Shown piece after piece: positions 38,123 to 50,772 of a stretch of DNA of 64,000 nucleotides. The stretch is from NCBI RefSeq assembly GCF_036365525.1, contig NC_090371.1:36315387-36379386 (forward strand), given 5' to 3'. Source of the DNA: Heterodontus francisci (lineage: Eukaryota). Below the pieces are notes generated by a model. The model did not search any database and was not told the DNA's origin. It was given only the letters and a program-made list of their open reading frames with translations. The position numbers were made by a program, and so were the translations under genes. The first letter of the stretch is position 1; each line of letters opens with the position of its first letter.

Positions 38123-39037
38123 TTACAAAATGTGATCTCCGCCTTTTAGATGGAAGAAGAAATCGCCCTCCACCTTTCACTCTTTAAAGGGTAGGAGGGA
38201 TTACATGGGGGTGAGGGAGGGGGGGAGGGGACGGGTGGTGCTGTAGCTTTATTGTACCAAAGGCTAAATGTTCGCTTTAAATTACTTTCCGGCTGTTGTA
38301 CTAATCCCGGGGAGGGTGTTTACGATTGGGATTTCAGACCGTGTGTGTGGGACAAGGCTAAGGTTCTGTTCACAGCCAATCTGTTATCATCTTCATAAAG
38401 ACTCTGCTGGAATTAGCAATGGGTGGGGAGGGGGGAAAGTGTAGAGAAGAACAATTCAGGTCGTGAGTTAGGATTTGATTTTAAATATGCCTTTTTATTG
38501 TGAACATATGGTATGAAATACTGGAATTTCCGCATTCTTTCAGAGCCTATATCAAAGTTTATGAATTATTTGATAAGCTTTTAAATGCCTTTTACTAGTT
38601 CGTTTCTGATAAACCTGAGAAATCCTGTCTTTAGCCATATACCAGGCTGTTCGCCCTTGGCGCTTGTCGATTCTGGACTTTTGGCTAACCTGAAATGATT
38701 TGAATGTATCTCTTGTGATATTAAACCTTGCAGTAAACACCCGCCCGGCTCTGCTTCGTCTTTGTGCCGCTTTACAAGCCGCAGCAGATGACCGCCCGCA
38801 GACTGTCAGCACTGCAAACAATTGCTTTCGTTTTTGCACCGAGGTATATAACCTCGTCAAACGATCCGTAACCAATGTGTCTTAGAGCAAATATGAGAGT
38901 CAGATCAAGACTATAAGTCTCTGGTTTAACAATAAGCACTGTCTCTCCCCATCTTACACAGACCTAATCGGACATTTCTTCCGAAATCTGGTTTTGTGAT
39001 CACTTTGAGTGCAACAAAAGAGATAGAAATATGAATT

Positions 39038-39169
39038 AAAAGCAAAATACCGCCGATGCTGGAAATCTGAAATAAAAACAGAAAGTGCTGGAAATAGTCA
39101 GCAGGTCAGGCAGCATCTGTGGAGAGAGAAGCAGCGTTAACGTTTCAGGTCTGTGACCCTTCATCAGAA
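39038..39169 (-). mobile_element. Penelope-derived hammerhead repeat
   Basis: Minus strand tt-CTGATGA-a-gggtc(aca)gacct-GAAAcgttaac; 15-bp TSD atagaaatatgaatt (39023-39037 / 39170-39184). Confidence 0.85.
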
Positions 39170-39574
39170 ATAGAAATATGAATTGTTCGTTAAAAAAAAA
39201 AATTGCGTCAGGAAATCATAAAGACTGTAAGGCACGGGTTGGAGTGAGAGATAAAATTCCTACTGCGAGAGGGAGACCATGTCTACACGCTGGTGCAAGT
39301 TCCAGATGTGAAAGCACTTGGTGTAGTGAAGCATCCTCAAATTTGCATCACCTTAAATATAATAGAAAATAAATGTAAAGATACCCCCTCCGCCCTAAAT
39401 ATCTCACACATACAAATGACGGCATTTTTTGGAAGCGGAAGTTGCGGCAGTCTCTTCCAACTGCAGATAAAAATAACCATAACGAAATGACAGCTGAGAC
39501 TCCCAATACATAGGAACATCAGAGCGGGAGTAGGCCATTTTGGCCCCTGCCCCATTCAACTAGCTCATAGCTGA

Positions 39575-40797
39575 ATCACAGAATTGTTACAGCACAGAAG
39601 GAGGCCATTCATCCCACCGTGTCTGCACTAGCTCTCTGAATGAGCAATTCACCTACTGCCACTCCCCTGCCTTCTCCCTGTGACCCTGTATATTCTTCCT
39701 TTTCAGATAACAGTCTAATTCTATTTTGAATGCCCTGATTGAACCTGCCTGCACCACCCTCTCAGGCAATGCATTCCAGACCTTAACCTCTCGCTGCATA
39801 AAAAACATTTTTCTCATTTCACTATTGCTTCTGTTGCCAATTACTTTCAAACTGTGTCCTCTAGTTCTCAATACATTTACAAGTGGGAACAGTTTCTCCT
39901 TATCTATTCTGTCCAGACCCTTCATGATTTTGAATACTTCTATCAAATCACTTCTCAGCCTTCTCTTCTCCAAGGAAAACAGTCCTAACCTCTCCAATCT
40001 ATCTCCATAACTAAAGTTCCTCATCCCTGGAACCATTCTTGTGAATCTTTTCTGTATTCGCTCCAGTGTCTTCACATCTTTCTTAAAGCACGGCACCCAG
40101 AACTGGATGCAATACTCCAGCTGAGGTTTATACAAGTTCAACATAACCTGTATGAAGGATACTGTATGCTTTATTAACCGCACTCTCAACCTGCCCTGCA
40201 ACCTTCAATGGCTTATGCACATATACACCTAGGTCCCTCTGCGCCTGCACCCACTTTAGAGTTTATTTCTCCGCGCTGAACTTCATCTGCCCGTTGTCTG
40301 CCCATTCCACCAACTTGTCTATGTCCTTTTGAAGTTCTACACTATCCTCCTCACAATTCACAATACTTCCAAGTTTTGTATCGTCTGCAAATTTTGAAAT
40401 TGTGCCCATTAAGATATATCAGGAAGAGCAAGCTTCCCCACACTGACCCTGGGGAACTCCGCTACAAACATTCCTCCAGCCAGAAAAACATCTGTTAACC
40501 GCTACTCTCTGTTTCCTGTCACACAGCCAATTCTGTATTCATGTTGCTATTGTCCCTTTTATTCTATGAGCTATAACTTTGCTTACAAGCCTGGTGTGTG
40601 GCACTATATCAAATGCCTTTTGGAAGTCCTTGTACGCCACATCAACAGAATTGCCCTCATCAACCCTCTCAGTTACCTCTTCAAAAAACTCCAGCAAGTC
40701 AGTCAAAAACGATTTTCCCTTAACAAATCCGTGCTGGTTTTCCTTAATTAACCCGCATTTGTCCATGTGACAAATAATTTTGTCCTGAATTATTGTT
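39575..40797 (-). mobile_element. CR1 LINE 3' portion
   Basis: ORFs 39653..40201 and 40539..40766 (-) with CR1 RT and C-terminal motifs. Confidence 0.88.
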
Positions 40798-41448
40798 TCA
40801 TAAGATCATAAGAGCTAGGAGCAGGAGTAGGCCGTCCGGCCCCTCAAGCCTGCTCCGCCATTCAATAAGATCATGGTTGATCGTTTCGTGGACTCAGATC
40901 CACTTACCCGCGCTCCCACCGTATCCCTTAATTCCTTTATTGTTCAAAAAGATATCTACCTTAGCTTTAAAGACGTTTACTGAAGAAGCGTCAACTACTT
41001 CACTGGGCAAGGAATTCCATAGATTAACAACCCTCTGGGTGAAGAAGTTCCTTCTTAATTCAGTCCTAAATCTGCTCCCTCTAATCTTGAGGCTATGCCC
41101 TCTTGTCCTAGCTTCACCTGCCAGTGGAAACATCCTCTCTACTTGTATCTTATCTATCCCCTTCATGATTTTATATGTTTCTATAAGATCCCCCCTCATT
41201 CTTCTGAACTCCAATGAATATAATCCCAATCTACTCAGTCTCTCCTCATAAGCCAACCCCCTCAACTCCGGAATCAACCTAGTGAACCTCCTCTGCACCC
41301 TCTCCAGTGCCAGTATATCCTTTCTCAAGTAAGGAGACCAAAACTGCACACAGTACTCCAGGTGCAGCCTCACCAGTACTTTATACAGCTGCAACATAAC
41401 CTCTCTGCTTTTAAACTCAATCCCTTTAGCAATGAAGGACAAAATTCC
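40798..41448 (-). mobile_element. CR1 LINE 3' end (different subfamily)
   Basis: ORF 40894..41532 -: HLEYCVQFWSP...FFTQRVVNLWNSLP. Confidence 0.9.
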
Positions 41449-41586
41449 AAAATAAAAGCAAAATACTGCGGATGCTGGAAATCTGAAACAAAAACAAGAA
41501 ATGCTGGATTCACTCAGCAGGTCTGGCAGCATCTGTGGAAAGAGAAGCAGAGTTAACGTTTCGGGTCAGTGACCCTTCTTCGGAAT
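41449..41586 (-). mobile_element. Penelope-derived hammerhead repeat
   Basis: Minus strand CCGAAGA-a-gggtc(act)gaccc-GAAAcgttaac. Confidence 0.85.
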
Positions 41587-41742
41587 TGGATTTGTCGTAA
41601 TTTGATAACGTTAGATCTGATATAGATAACCCCCCAGGGTCCCTGCGTTGCTGGTTACGAGTTGTTCGCTTTTATTTGACACAAGGCGCTTGGATATAAC
41701 ACACACTAGAACATAATGCTCACAAAACGCTGTTCCTTTCAG

Positions 41743-41850
41743 TTCCAGAGAGACTGAAAACGACTTCGCCGCCTCCGACTACAAAAGGCCGCAAAATCTA
41801 TCGTTACAAGTACCCGATTACGCGTGGCAAAAAGAAAGCGAATAATAATG
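41743..41850 (+). CDS. Second CD8-type stalk exon (VPERLKTTSPPPTTKGRKIYRYKYPITRGKKKANNN)
   Basis: gttcctttcag| acceptor, G|gtaaga donor, 108 nt phase 1-1, open frame, Thr/Pro then basic stalk; in frame with the TM exon at 46608. Confidence 0.75.
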
Positions 41851-42106
41851 GTAAGACTGATGCTAGACTGCAGTGTCTGAGAGATAGACTGGGACTTTCT
41901 CCCCATTCAATATATCTGGGAGATAAACAGCGTTGGTTTTCATTTAATTTCTTACAGATCCATGGGTTAGAAAAACTGTCCACATTGAGAACCTGGCTTT
42001 GAATATCCCGATTCTTCATTAACACCTTACTCTTAACTCTTAACGTGACAGATGTGTTTTTCTGAAGGTCTTTAATCTGAATCTGCCTCTACATTTATCT
42101 TATATC

Positions 42107-42205
42107 AAGTTCTGAGGAAAGGTCACAGACCTGAAACGTTAACTTCGTTTCTCTTCACAGATGCTGCCAGACCTGCTGAGTATTTCCAGCACTTTTTGTT
42201 TTTAT
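42107..42205 (+). mobile_element. Penelope-derived hammerhead repeat
   Basis: aagtt-CTGAGGA-a-aggtc(aca)gacct-GAAA-cgtt-aactt (5-bp stem I). Confidence 0.85.
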
Positions 42206-44087
42206 TTTTTAAAGGTTATTTTCGTTGTTGGAAACAATCTTTGTGTAATTCACAGAAATCAGCACAAGTCTGGCAGCAGATGTTTATTAAAAATGTGTTG
42301 GGAGTTATTCAGATTATATAAAAATTCTCATGCAAACTGATGGGGTGCTGGGATCGTTTTATGTTGGTAACTTTGATGTGGAGTTGAATGAATCCTGAAT
42401 CATTACATAGGAAAGGTTTTGATTTCAGCTGAACACGAACATGATCTGAGGTTATCTATCAGAGGCCATGGGAGGGTGTCTTAATATTGAACTACTTTTG
42501 TTGGAAATCGTTTCACCGTATTTCCTGAAGTTCTCATTCATGCAAAGGATTTGCTTTTTTCTGGCCTCGTGTGAATGGTGCCATCATTAGCGGCCATGCC
42601 TTCAGCAGGCCGGGACTTAAGCTCTGAAATTCCTTCCCTAAACCTCTCTACATCACACTTTCTTCCTTTCAGGCACTCAGTAAAATATACTTCTATGACC
42701 AAGTCTTTGGCCATCTGCTCTAATATCTGCTTATGTGGCTCGGTGTCAAATTTTGTTTGATAATACTCCAGTGAAACGCCTTTGGAGTTTTAGTGCGTTC
42801 TCAAGGCGCTATATAAATGCACGTTGTTGTTATTTGTTCTCCTGTTTGGACTGGACAGCAGAGAGGTAAATGTAGACAATTTCTAACAAGCAAATACATT
42901 GGTTTTAAAATACAGTTGTGTGGGTATCTCCGAACTTTAATGAATTCGGTGATTGGTGGTGGATTTGTGAGGAAGTTGATGTCTGGTGAATGTCGAGGAT
43001 CTTGTCTCCTTCATTGAGATAACTGGACGGAGAGGTTTTGCTCAGTTGAATGATGCTGCTGATGACTTGTTCCCAGGAAACCCTCCTGGTGTGCATTGGA
43101 AACCTGCATGTCTGCCTTTTAATTTACAAGTGAGCTTACAGGGCAGAAGGAGGCCATTCTGCCCATCGTGTCTGTGTTGTTCTTTGCTAAAGTAATACAA
43201 AACTATCTCACTGATCCTCATAACCTTATTTCTTCCTTTACTTTAATGTTTAAGGGATTACCACCACCCCCACCCCCCCCCCCCCCCCTTTAAAAGGTGC
43301 TGTGGACCCTCACTCAACGCTTACGCTTATAGTCATGCTGGGCAGCTGCAGAAATTCCCCGCATTCTGTCCAATTTTGCCCTGAATCTCATTTATTTTAA
43401 AATGTATCGTTATAAAACGATTAATTAATCGTTGCATTTCAAAGTTAATTGTAATGGATGCATTGGCAGAATGAACAAAGACAATGATCCAACCTGAACT
43501 AAAACAGAAAATGCGGGAAATACTCCACAGCTCAGGCAGCATCTGCAAGGGTAGACGGGTAAGATTAGCATTTGAAGAACTCTGACCCTTGGGCGGAACC
43601 CAGTCTGAGCTTGTTTTCACTTGGTTGGAATAAAAACACCACGGTTGTGAATTCCTCAATCCACGTGTACTAACACGGCATCTGGAGATTTAGTGTACAC
43701 TACTCACCGTGCGAATTATTCAAATTAGGGACATACCATTTCTTTAGATTCAAGATTTCCACTGAAATTTAACAAGGTTTTTATTTTTTAAAAGAATTTA
43801 TAAGTGAATCTGTCGCCGAAAATAGCCAACAAGTAATCGTTGACAAAAAAAAAGTCCAGGGGAGGAATAAATCTACATTGTCACCTAGGTCGCTATGGGT
43901 GCAGACGGAATAAAGCAGAAATGCGTAGCAGGTTAGTCAGTGAGTGAAAACTCTTTCACCAGTCTGGGTGTTACTAAGATTTCTGCGTTTATTTCAAATT
44001 TTGATTAATAGGATCATAGAAATCATTTATTGTAATAACAGTAAAGTTTCTTGCTGTATCCACAAAGCAAGAGCGCTCCAACCAAGA

Positions 44088-44500
44088 GCAGCAGCATTGG
44101 CTCAATGATAATACTCTGGCCTCCGAGGCAGAATTGTTACTCCAGTGCAGTACTGAAGGAGTGCTGCACTGTTGGAGTAGCTGTCTTTTGGATGAGACGT
44201 TAAACCAAGGTCCCCCCATCACTACCAGCCACCACCGCCCCACGCACCCACCCCCCAACATGTTCACATTAAATATCCCAAGGCACTTTCAGAAGAAGAG
44301 CAGAGGAATACTCCCCCACGTCCATGCCTAAAACGGGTGATCTGATCATTTATTTCATTGGTGTGTTTGTGGGATCTTGCTGTGCATATATTAGCTGCGA
44401 CTTGCAACATTACATCAGTGACTATGCTTTGAAAGTACTTAATTGCCTGTAAAATACTTTGGTGTTGGGGGGTGCTGAGGTGGTAAAGGCGCTATGTAAT
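44088..44500 (+). mobile_element. DeuSINE/AmnSINE-like ancient SINE
   Basis: gatcttgctgtgca...acattaca.cagtgact...aaagtactt.attg.ctgtaaa...aaggcgcta tail typical of this SINE group; related relics near 47420-48110. Confidence 0.6.
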
Positions 44501-45174
44501 AACTACAAGCAATTTCTTATATTCTCTTTAACGCGTTTGCTTCTTCTTCCTTGTCAGTCAACAGGACCATATATTACAACATCATCTGTTAACAGATAAA
44601 GAAACAAATACTTGAGAATCAAGGGACGTGGGCTTGATCTGAGAAGAGGGAAGTGTAGGATCATGTTTTCATTTAACTACTTGAGTTAGAACTTTGTGTT
44701 GCCCAGAAAGGCCACAGAGAAGATAGTGTGGGGAAGCATGGAGAATTGCGGATATATTTGAGGGAGTCATTGCTAGGTAGCCGGAGTTTTCTTCGTGCTG
44801 TCCTTTTCTATGTTCCTAAAGGTAGATATAACACAAATATCCAGCATCATTTTTAAAATCTTAACTTAAAGCTGTCCATATTGATAACAAAATCTTTAAG
44901 AAATTACAGTTCAAAGGTACTCTGTTTTAAAATGATATGGTCCAGGGGTGATAAAATTACAGCTATGATTAAGTTTAACAAGGACTTCCCCCAAAAGAGA
45001 AGGTGGATGTAAAATGTAACAGCGGGGGGCCACAGCCTGCTTTATATTTATGTGACCTCGTTAGTTTTAATATCTGAAAGCAGTAGTGTAAGAGATGGCA
45101 CGATCACTGCATTTGATCACATAATGCTGACCTGTTGTAGAATTCAGCAACATGCAGGATTCGAGAAAGACCAC

Positions 45175-46345
45175 TTTGATTTTGGATTTTAGCAAGGCTT
45201 TTGACAAGGACCCACATGGCAGACTGGTTAAAAAAAGTAAAAGCCCATAGGATCCAGGGAAATGCAGCAAGGTGGATACAAAATTGGTTCTGTGGCAGGA
45301 AACAGAGGGTAATTGTTGACAGGTGTTTCTGTGACTGGAGGGCTGTTTCCAGTGGCATTCCGCAGGGCTCGGTACTGGGTCCCCTGCTTTTTGTGGTATG
45401 TATTAACAATTTGGACGTAAATGTAGGAGGCATGATCAAGAAGTTTGCAGGCGACACAAAGATAGTGAGGAGGATAGCTGTAGACTGCAGGAAGATATCA
45501 ATGGACTGGTCAGATGGGTAGAAAAGTGGCAAATGGACTTCAGTCCGGAGAAGTGTGAGGTGATGCATTTGGGGAGGACAAACAAGACAAAGGAATACAT
45601 GATTAATGGGAGAATACCGAGAGGTGTAGAGGAAGTGAGAGACCTTGGAGTGAATGTCCACAGATCCCTGAAGGTAGCAGGACAGGTCGATAGGTGGTTA
45701 AGAAGGCATATGGAATCCTTTCCTTTATTAGCCGAGGTATAGAATATAAGAGCAGGGAGGTTATGCTGGAACTGTATAACTCATTGGCTAGGACACAACT
45801 TGAGTACTGTGTGCATTTCTGGTCACCTCATTACAGAAAGGATGTAATTGCACAAGAGAGGGTATAGAGGAGATTGTTGAGGATGTTGCCAGGACTGAAA
45901 AAATGCAGCTACCAGGAAAGATTGAGTAGGCTGGCTTTGTCCTCCTTGGAACAGAGAAGGCTGGGGGGAGATTTGATTGAAATGTACAAAAGTTTGGGGG
46001 GCTTTGATAGAGTGGAGGTGAAGGGTCTATTCACCTTATCAGAGAGGTCAGTGACGAGGGGGCATAGATTTAAAGTAATTGGTAGAAAAATTAGAGGGGA
46101 GATGAGGAAAAATATTTTCACCCAGAGGGTGGTGGGGGTCAGGAACTCACTGCCTGAAAGGGTAGTTGAGGCAGAAACCCTCAACTCATTCAAAAGGAGT
46201 CTGGATATGCACCTCGAGTGCTGTAATCTGCAGGGCTACGGACCAAATGCTGGAAGGTGGGATTAGAATGGGTGGATTGTTTTTCAGCCGGCACAGACAC
46301 GATGGGCCAAGTGGCCTCTTTCTGTGCCCTAAACTTTCTATGATC
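45175..46345 (+). mobile_element. CR1 LINE 3' portion
   Basis: PQGSVLGPLLF (ORF 45201..45521), C-terminus in ORF 45874..46266. Confidence 0.9.
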
Positions 46346-46607
46346 GGATGATCTAGCCCTCACCCCTGACGATTAGCTGAACATCTCACTGGCAATTTGT
46401 ACCTATAGACAACAATTTGCTCACTGGGAGTTCCAAGTCCTGTTATCCAAAAGCCATGGGATCACTTCTGTTTCATGGGGGACAATTGTTCCATGTCGTT
46501 TTGCCCAGTAACATGGAATGCCTTGTATTGTCATAGGTGAAATATGCCCATTGTTTTGTCTTGCATTGGGTAAGGATTACTGATTTGCAATTGTGTTGTT
46601 TTTCCAG

Positions 46608-46706
46608 GGTATGTCTGTAACTGGACTATTTGGGGATCATTGACAGGCTGCAACCTCCTTTTATTGATCTCTATCGTTTTTATCGTCATCCATTTTAGGA
46701 ATAAGA
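46608..46706 (+). CDS. Second CD8-type TM exon (GYVCNWTIWGSLTGCNLLLLISIVFIVIHFRNK)
   Basis: tttttccag| acceptor, A|gtaagt donor, 99 nt phase 1-1; C-x3-IW-x2-LTG pattern parallels CD8A exon 4. Confidence 0.88.
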
Positions 46707-46803
46707 GTAAGTCCGGATATTAATCTCTCATGTGTTGATATATTTCATGAGTCGTCACAGTATTTATTTGTTCATGAGCTCCCTGTTTCTCTTCCCTTTC
46801 TAG

Positions 46804-46840
46804 AGTCCCGGAGGCGATGTCCCCACCAGTTTCGGAAAAG
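46804..46840 (+). CDS. Second CD8-type cytoplasmic exon (KSRRRCPHQFRK)
   Basis: Follows a 97-nt intron (107 nt in CD8A); phase 1-2; RRRCxHQFRK shared with CD8A exon 5. Confidence 0.88.
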
Positions 46841-49727
46841 GTAAAGGTAAATTTTATATGGCTTTAAGGGAGGTTGGCATTGAGGGGTAACAATGGTTCT
46901 TCTGAACAAATACGGAATCGACGTTGTATCACTTCAATGGTATATGCTAACAGAACTCTACCCTTTTCCCTAAGGACAGGTGGGGAGAGTCTCCTCCACT
47001 ATTGCCCCTAACTCTCCGAGTTAGATTTAATTCCGTTGAGTCTCGGGTTGCTGATATTAATGAGCACTAACTGGCAGAGAAACGCCCACACATTGATGTT
47101 TTAAATCCGAATAGCGATATAAATTAGTGAGAACAGTGAAAGCATCTGACCATCTCCTATAGTACTTTGAAATAATCGGAGCCACCTTTTTTAGTTCACG
47201 GATAATAAGCCAAGGGCAGTAACTTAAACATTTGTTCAGAAAGACGAAGGTAAACCGAGTTCATGCGTTCAATAGGACAGGATACTGTCAACGACATCAT
47301 TAGTATTGAGAAACAAGTTGATACTCGGTCAAACTACATTGTGCCCGTGTTAAAGTTTGTCTAGGTCCCATCTTAACTTTCGAACTGTCCTATTAAAAAC
47401 CTATTACAACCAATTAATTAAGTGTAGTCACTGTTGTAATGTAAGAAACAGCCAATTTGCCACAAACACCAATGTGACAATGACCAGATAATCTGGTTGA
47501 GGATAAATATTCAGCCAGGATACTGGGGACATACTTTGAGCCTCAAAGTTGTGGGACTGAAGCTTCACTCTAAGTCTTGAGCCCATTATCTATACTGCAC
47601 TTCAGTCCTGAGAGAGCTCTCCATTACTTTTTGGATCTGATGTTCAACCATGTTTAAGTGGATCTCATGGCACAAATTTTTAAGAGGAACAGGGATTTTT
47701 TCCTTCGCCCAACACCAAAAAGAAGGAATTGCATTTATATAGAACCTTTCATGACCTCAGGACGGCCCAAAATGCTTTGCAGTCAATGTAGTACTTTTGA
47801 AGTGTAGTCACTGTAGTAATGTAGGAAATGAGACTGCCAATTTGCACACAGCAAGCTCCCACAAACAGCAATGTGACAATGACCAGTTAATGTCTTTTTC
47901 GCGATGTCAGTTAAGGGATAAATATTGGCCAGAACCAGCAAAAATAAATGTGGGAATACATTCAATTTAGTTCTGTTTGCGAAATCTTGCTGTGAACAAA
48001 ATGCCTGCCATAGCTGTCTACAAATAATGGTGACTAAGTTTCAAAAGTAATTTATTAGATAGTATGTGCTTTGACACATCCTGAGTATGTGGCATGGTTG
48101 CTAAATAAACGTTAAGTGTTTCGCCTTTTGTTTTTCTCTTTCTCAGCTTGCTTTCTTTGCTCCTTGCTGTCTCACGTCTGCCCTGCAGCTAACCTGATAT
48201 TACTAATACACTGTATGTAGCTTGACACACTGAACGTTAGAACCCAGTTAGAACTGCATCAAGACAGTTAATTACATTCATCATCAATGTATAACAAGGC
48301 ATCTTTGGTTCTTATAATGCCTGGTCTATGGCCAGATGGTGGATGTGAGATTAATTGAGATTTACAAGACTGACATTGATTGACTTTTATTAGGTAAGGA
48401 TCTCATGGGATAAGAAGCAGAAGCAGGTAAATGACGTTGAGGTACAGATCAGCAATGATCTAATTAAATGGCAGAACTGGTTCAAGGGTCTGAATGACTT
48501 ACTCCTCTTATGTTCCCATAGAAATACAGTGTGAACAGGATGGCAACCATTCAAACATAAACAATGTGGGATATAAAATTCTAAAGATATCTTCAAGAGT
48601 ATACTTGCTTTACCTTTGCGAATAGGGCTAAACATTTCAGAATCTTTCCTCATGAGTTTAAGTGAGTTTGATGGAGTCCAAGATTCAACAAATTGTGCAT
48701 GATCATTAGGAACAATGTTTGCTCAGCTAAATGGCTGTTTTTCATTCCTTATTTATTTATTCATTTATTTACTTACAGCAGGAGATAATAGCTAGGTTGT
48801 GAGGAACAGTTATTGTACTCCTTAGATTATTATTCTTATTAACTATTGCCTTCTGTCATAAAAGTCTGGAACTCATCCAGCTGTAGGTTTCTCCATTCCT
48901 GCAATCTATAGGGTTTAAAACCCAAGCCCACTTCTGTCCAAGTCTTTCACTCTGCACTATGGGCCTTGGCCCTCTGTACGAATCAAATCATAGCAGACAC
49001 ACTTTTGTGGTGGAGTTTTCTATAATTAAGAGAATCCTAAGCTTTGTTGTTATCACAGGAAACTTTATTAAATACAATAAATGCTGCACTAGTGCTGCAG
49101 TCTATGTAAAAAAAACAACAACCTTTTGTTTATTTTTACAAATTAGGTTAACATTACCTGAGCTCGATATATGTTCTAATATTTGCAAAGGTTTATCAAA
49201 GTATTTTACAATAAAATAAAATACAAATCCATTGATGCCCTTTACAATATTAACCCCTTGAAAATACAGTTATGCTTTCAAATGCTTTATTAAATTAAAT
49301 GTAGCCTTTCATACCGATTAAACCATCATATTAATTCGTTAACTCAACAGCCGTGGTTTCTGGAAAGGCTTGAGTAAAGCACTTTGCACTAGTCGTGAAA
49401 CAATGCCTTCTGTCTGCCCGAGTATTTCTCGATATTCATTATATTGATGATTCATTGCCAAAGCTTATCATCTTATGAGCAGTGAAACCCACCCATACAA
49501 GAGGTGCCTTTCTAATGGGAGGGACAGTGGTATTCAAGAGTTTCTTGAAATCACTCAAATCACCTTCTGATTTTATTTTTAAAGGGCATGAAGGAAGAAT
49601 AAGGAAGTGTAATTATAATGATATGTCAACCTGCACATGAGGAGCACTATCTATATATATAATACATGTATGTATTTATATATATAAATATAAAATATAT
49701 GTTATTGATGTTCTTGTTATAATAATC

Positions 49728-49795
49728 TTCTTTCTTCTTTGGCCTCCTTATCTCGAGAGACAATAGGTAAGCGCCTGGAGGTGGTCAGTGGTCAG
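49728..49795 (-). mobile_element. RTE 3' stub
   Basis: ggcctccttatctcgagagacaat...gcgcctggaggtggtcagtgg. Confidence 0.75.
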
Positions 49796-50633
49796 TTATA
49801 ATAATAATTGATAGTTAATAGTGGCTGTTTCAGGAGCTAGTGCCAGCATTAACACACTGACTTTCATGACCTCTTCCTACTCAGAAATTTCTGTGATTCT
49901 ATTGTGCCCTGGATATATTTCCACCCGCTGTGGACGCTGTAAAACCTGAGATCAGTTTGTCGAAATATCTAAGACCAATACCTGATTATAGATTCTTCCA
50001 ATTTTCTGGGGCTACTGAAAGAGGTTTTCAATTAATGTATTAATCATAGTAAGATGTAGCTAGCATGATAAGTCCAAGGGTAAAAAGGACACTTAAGTGA
50101 CAAATGTAATTAAAATGGTTTAGATTTGATTGTTATATTTGTTCAACTACAATTAAATTCCCTACAGTTTAGAAGGTTGCAGAGTGATCTAATTGAGTTC
50201 TTTACATAGGGATCCATAGAATCATAGAATGGTTACGACACAGAGGAGGCCATTCAGCCCATTGTGCCCATGCCAGCTCTCTGTAAGAGCTAGCTAGTCA
50301 TTTCCTCTGATGGGATAATCCAGAACAAAAATGTGTAATCTTAAAATTAAAGATAAGCAATTTAGGAGCAAAAATCAGGAAACACCTTTTCATACAAAGG
50401 TTATGGAAATCTGGAATTCACTCCATCAAAGAGCTGGAAATGCTGGGTCTGTTGAAATTTTCAAGACAATGATCAAAGTACTTTTGTAAGGTCAGTGTGT
50501 CAAGGGATATGGAGCAAAGGCGAGTAAATAGAGTTGAGGTACAGATCAACCATAATCTAATTGAATGGCAGACAGGCTCAAGAGGCTGAATGGCCTATTC
50601 CTGTTCCCGTATTCCTAAAATTACTAAAGAAAT

Positions 50634-50772
50634 TAAAATAAAAGCAAAATACTGCAGATGCTGGAAATCTGAAATAAAAACAGAAAGTGCTGGAAATACT
50701 CAGCAGGTCAGGAAGCATCTGTGGAGAGAAAAGCAGAGTTAACGTTTCAGGTTTGTGACCTTTCATCAGAAC
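50634..50772 (-). mobile_element. Penelope-derived hammerhead repeat
   Basis: Minus strand gtt-CTGATGA-a-aggtc(aca)aacct-GAAAcgttaac (one stem II mismatch). Confidence 0.8.

Noticed and set aside
38552-38885. ORFs 38552..38875 (-) and 38700..38885 (+) as the missing leader or V exon of cassette 2
   Set aside because: No Ig motifs or signal peptide in either translation
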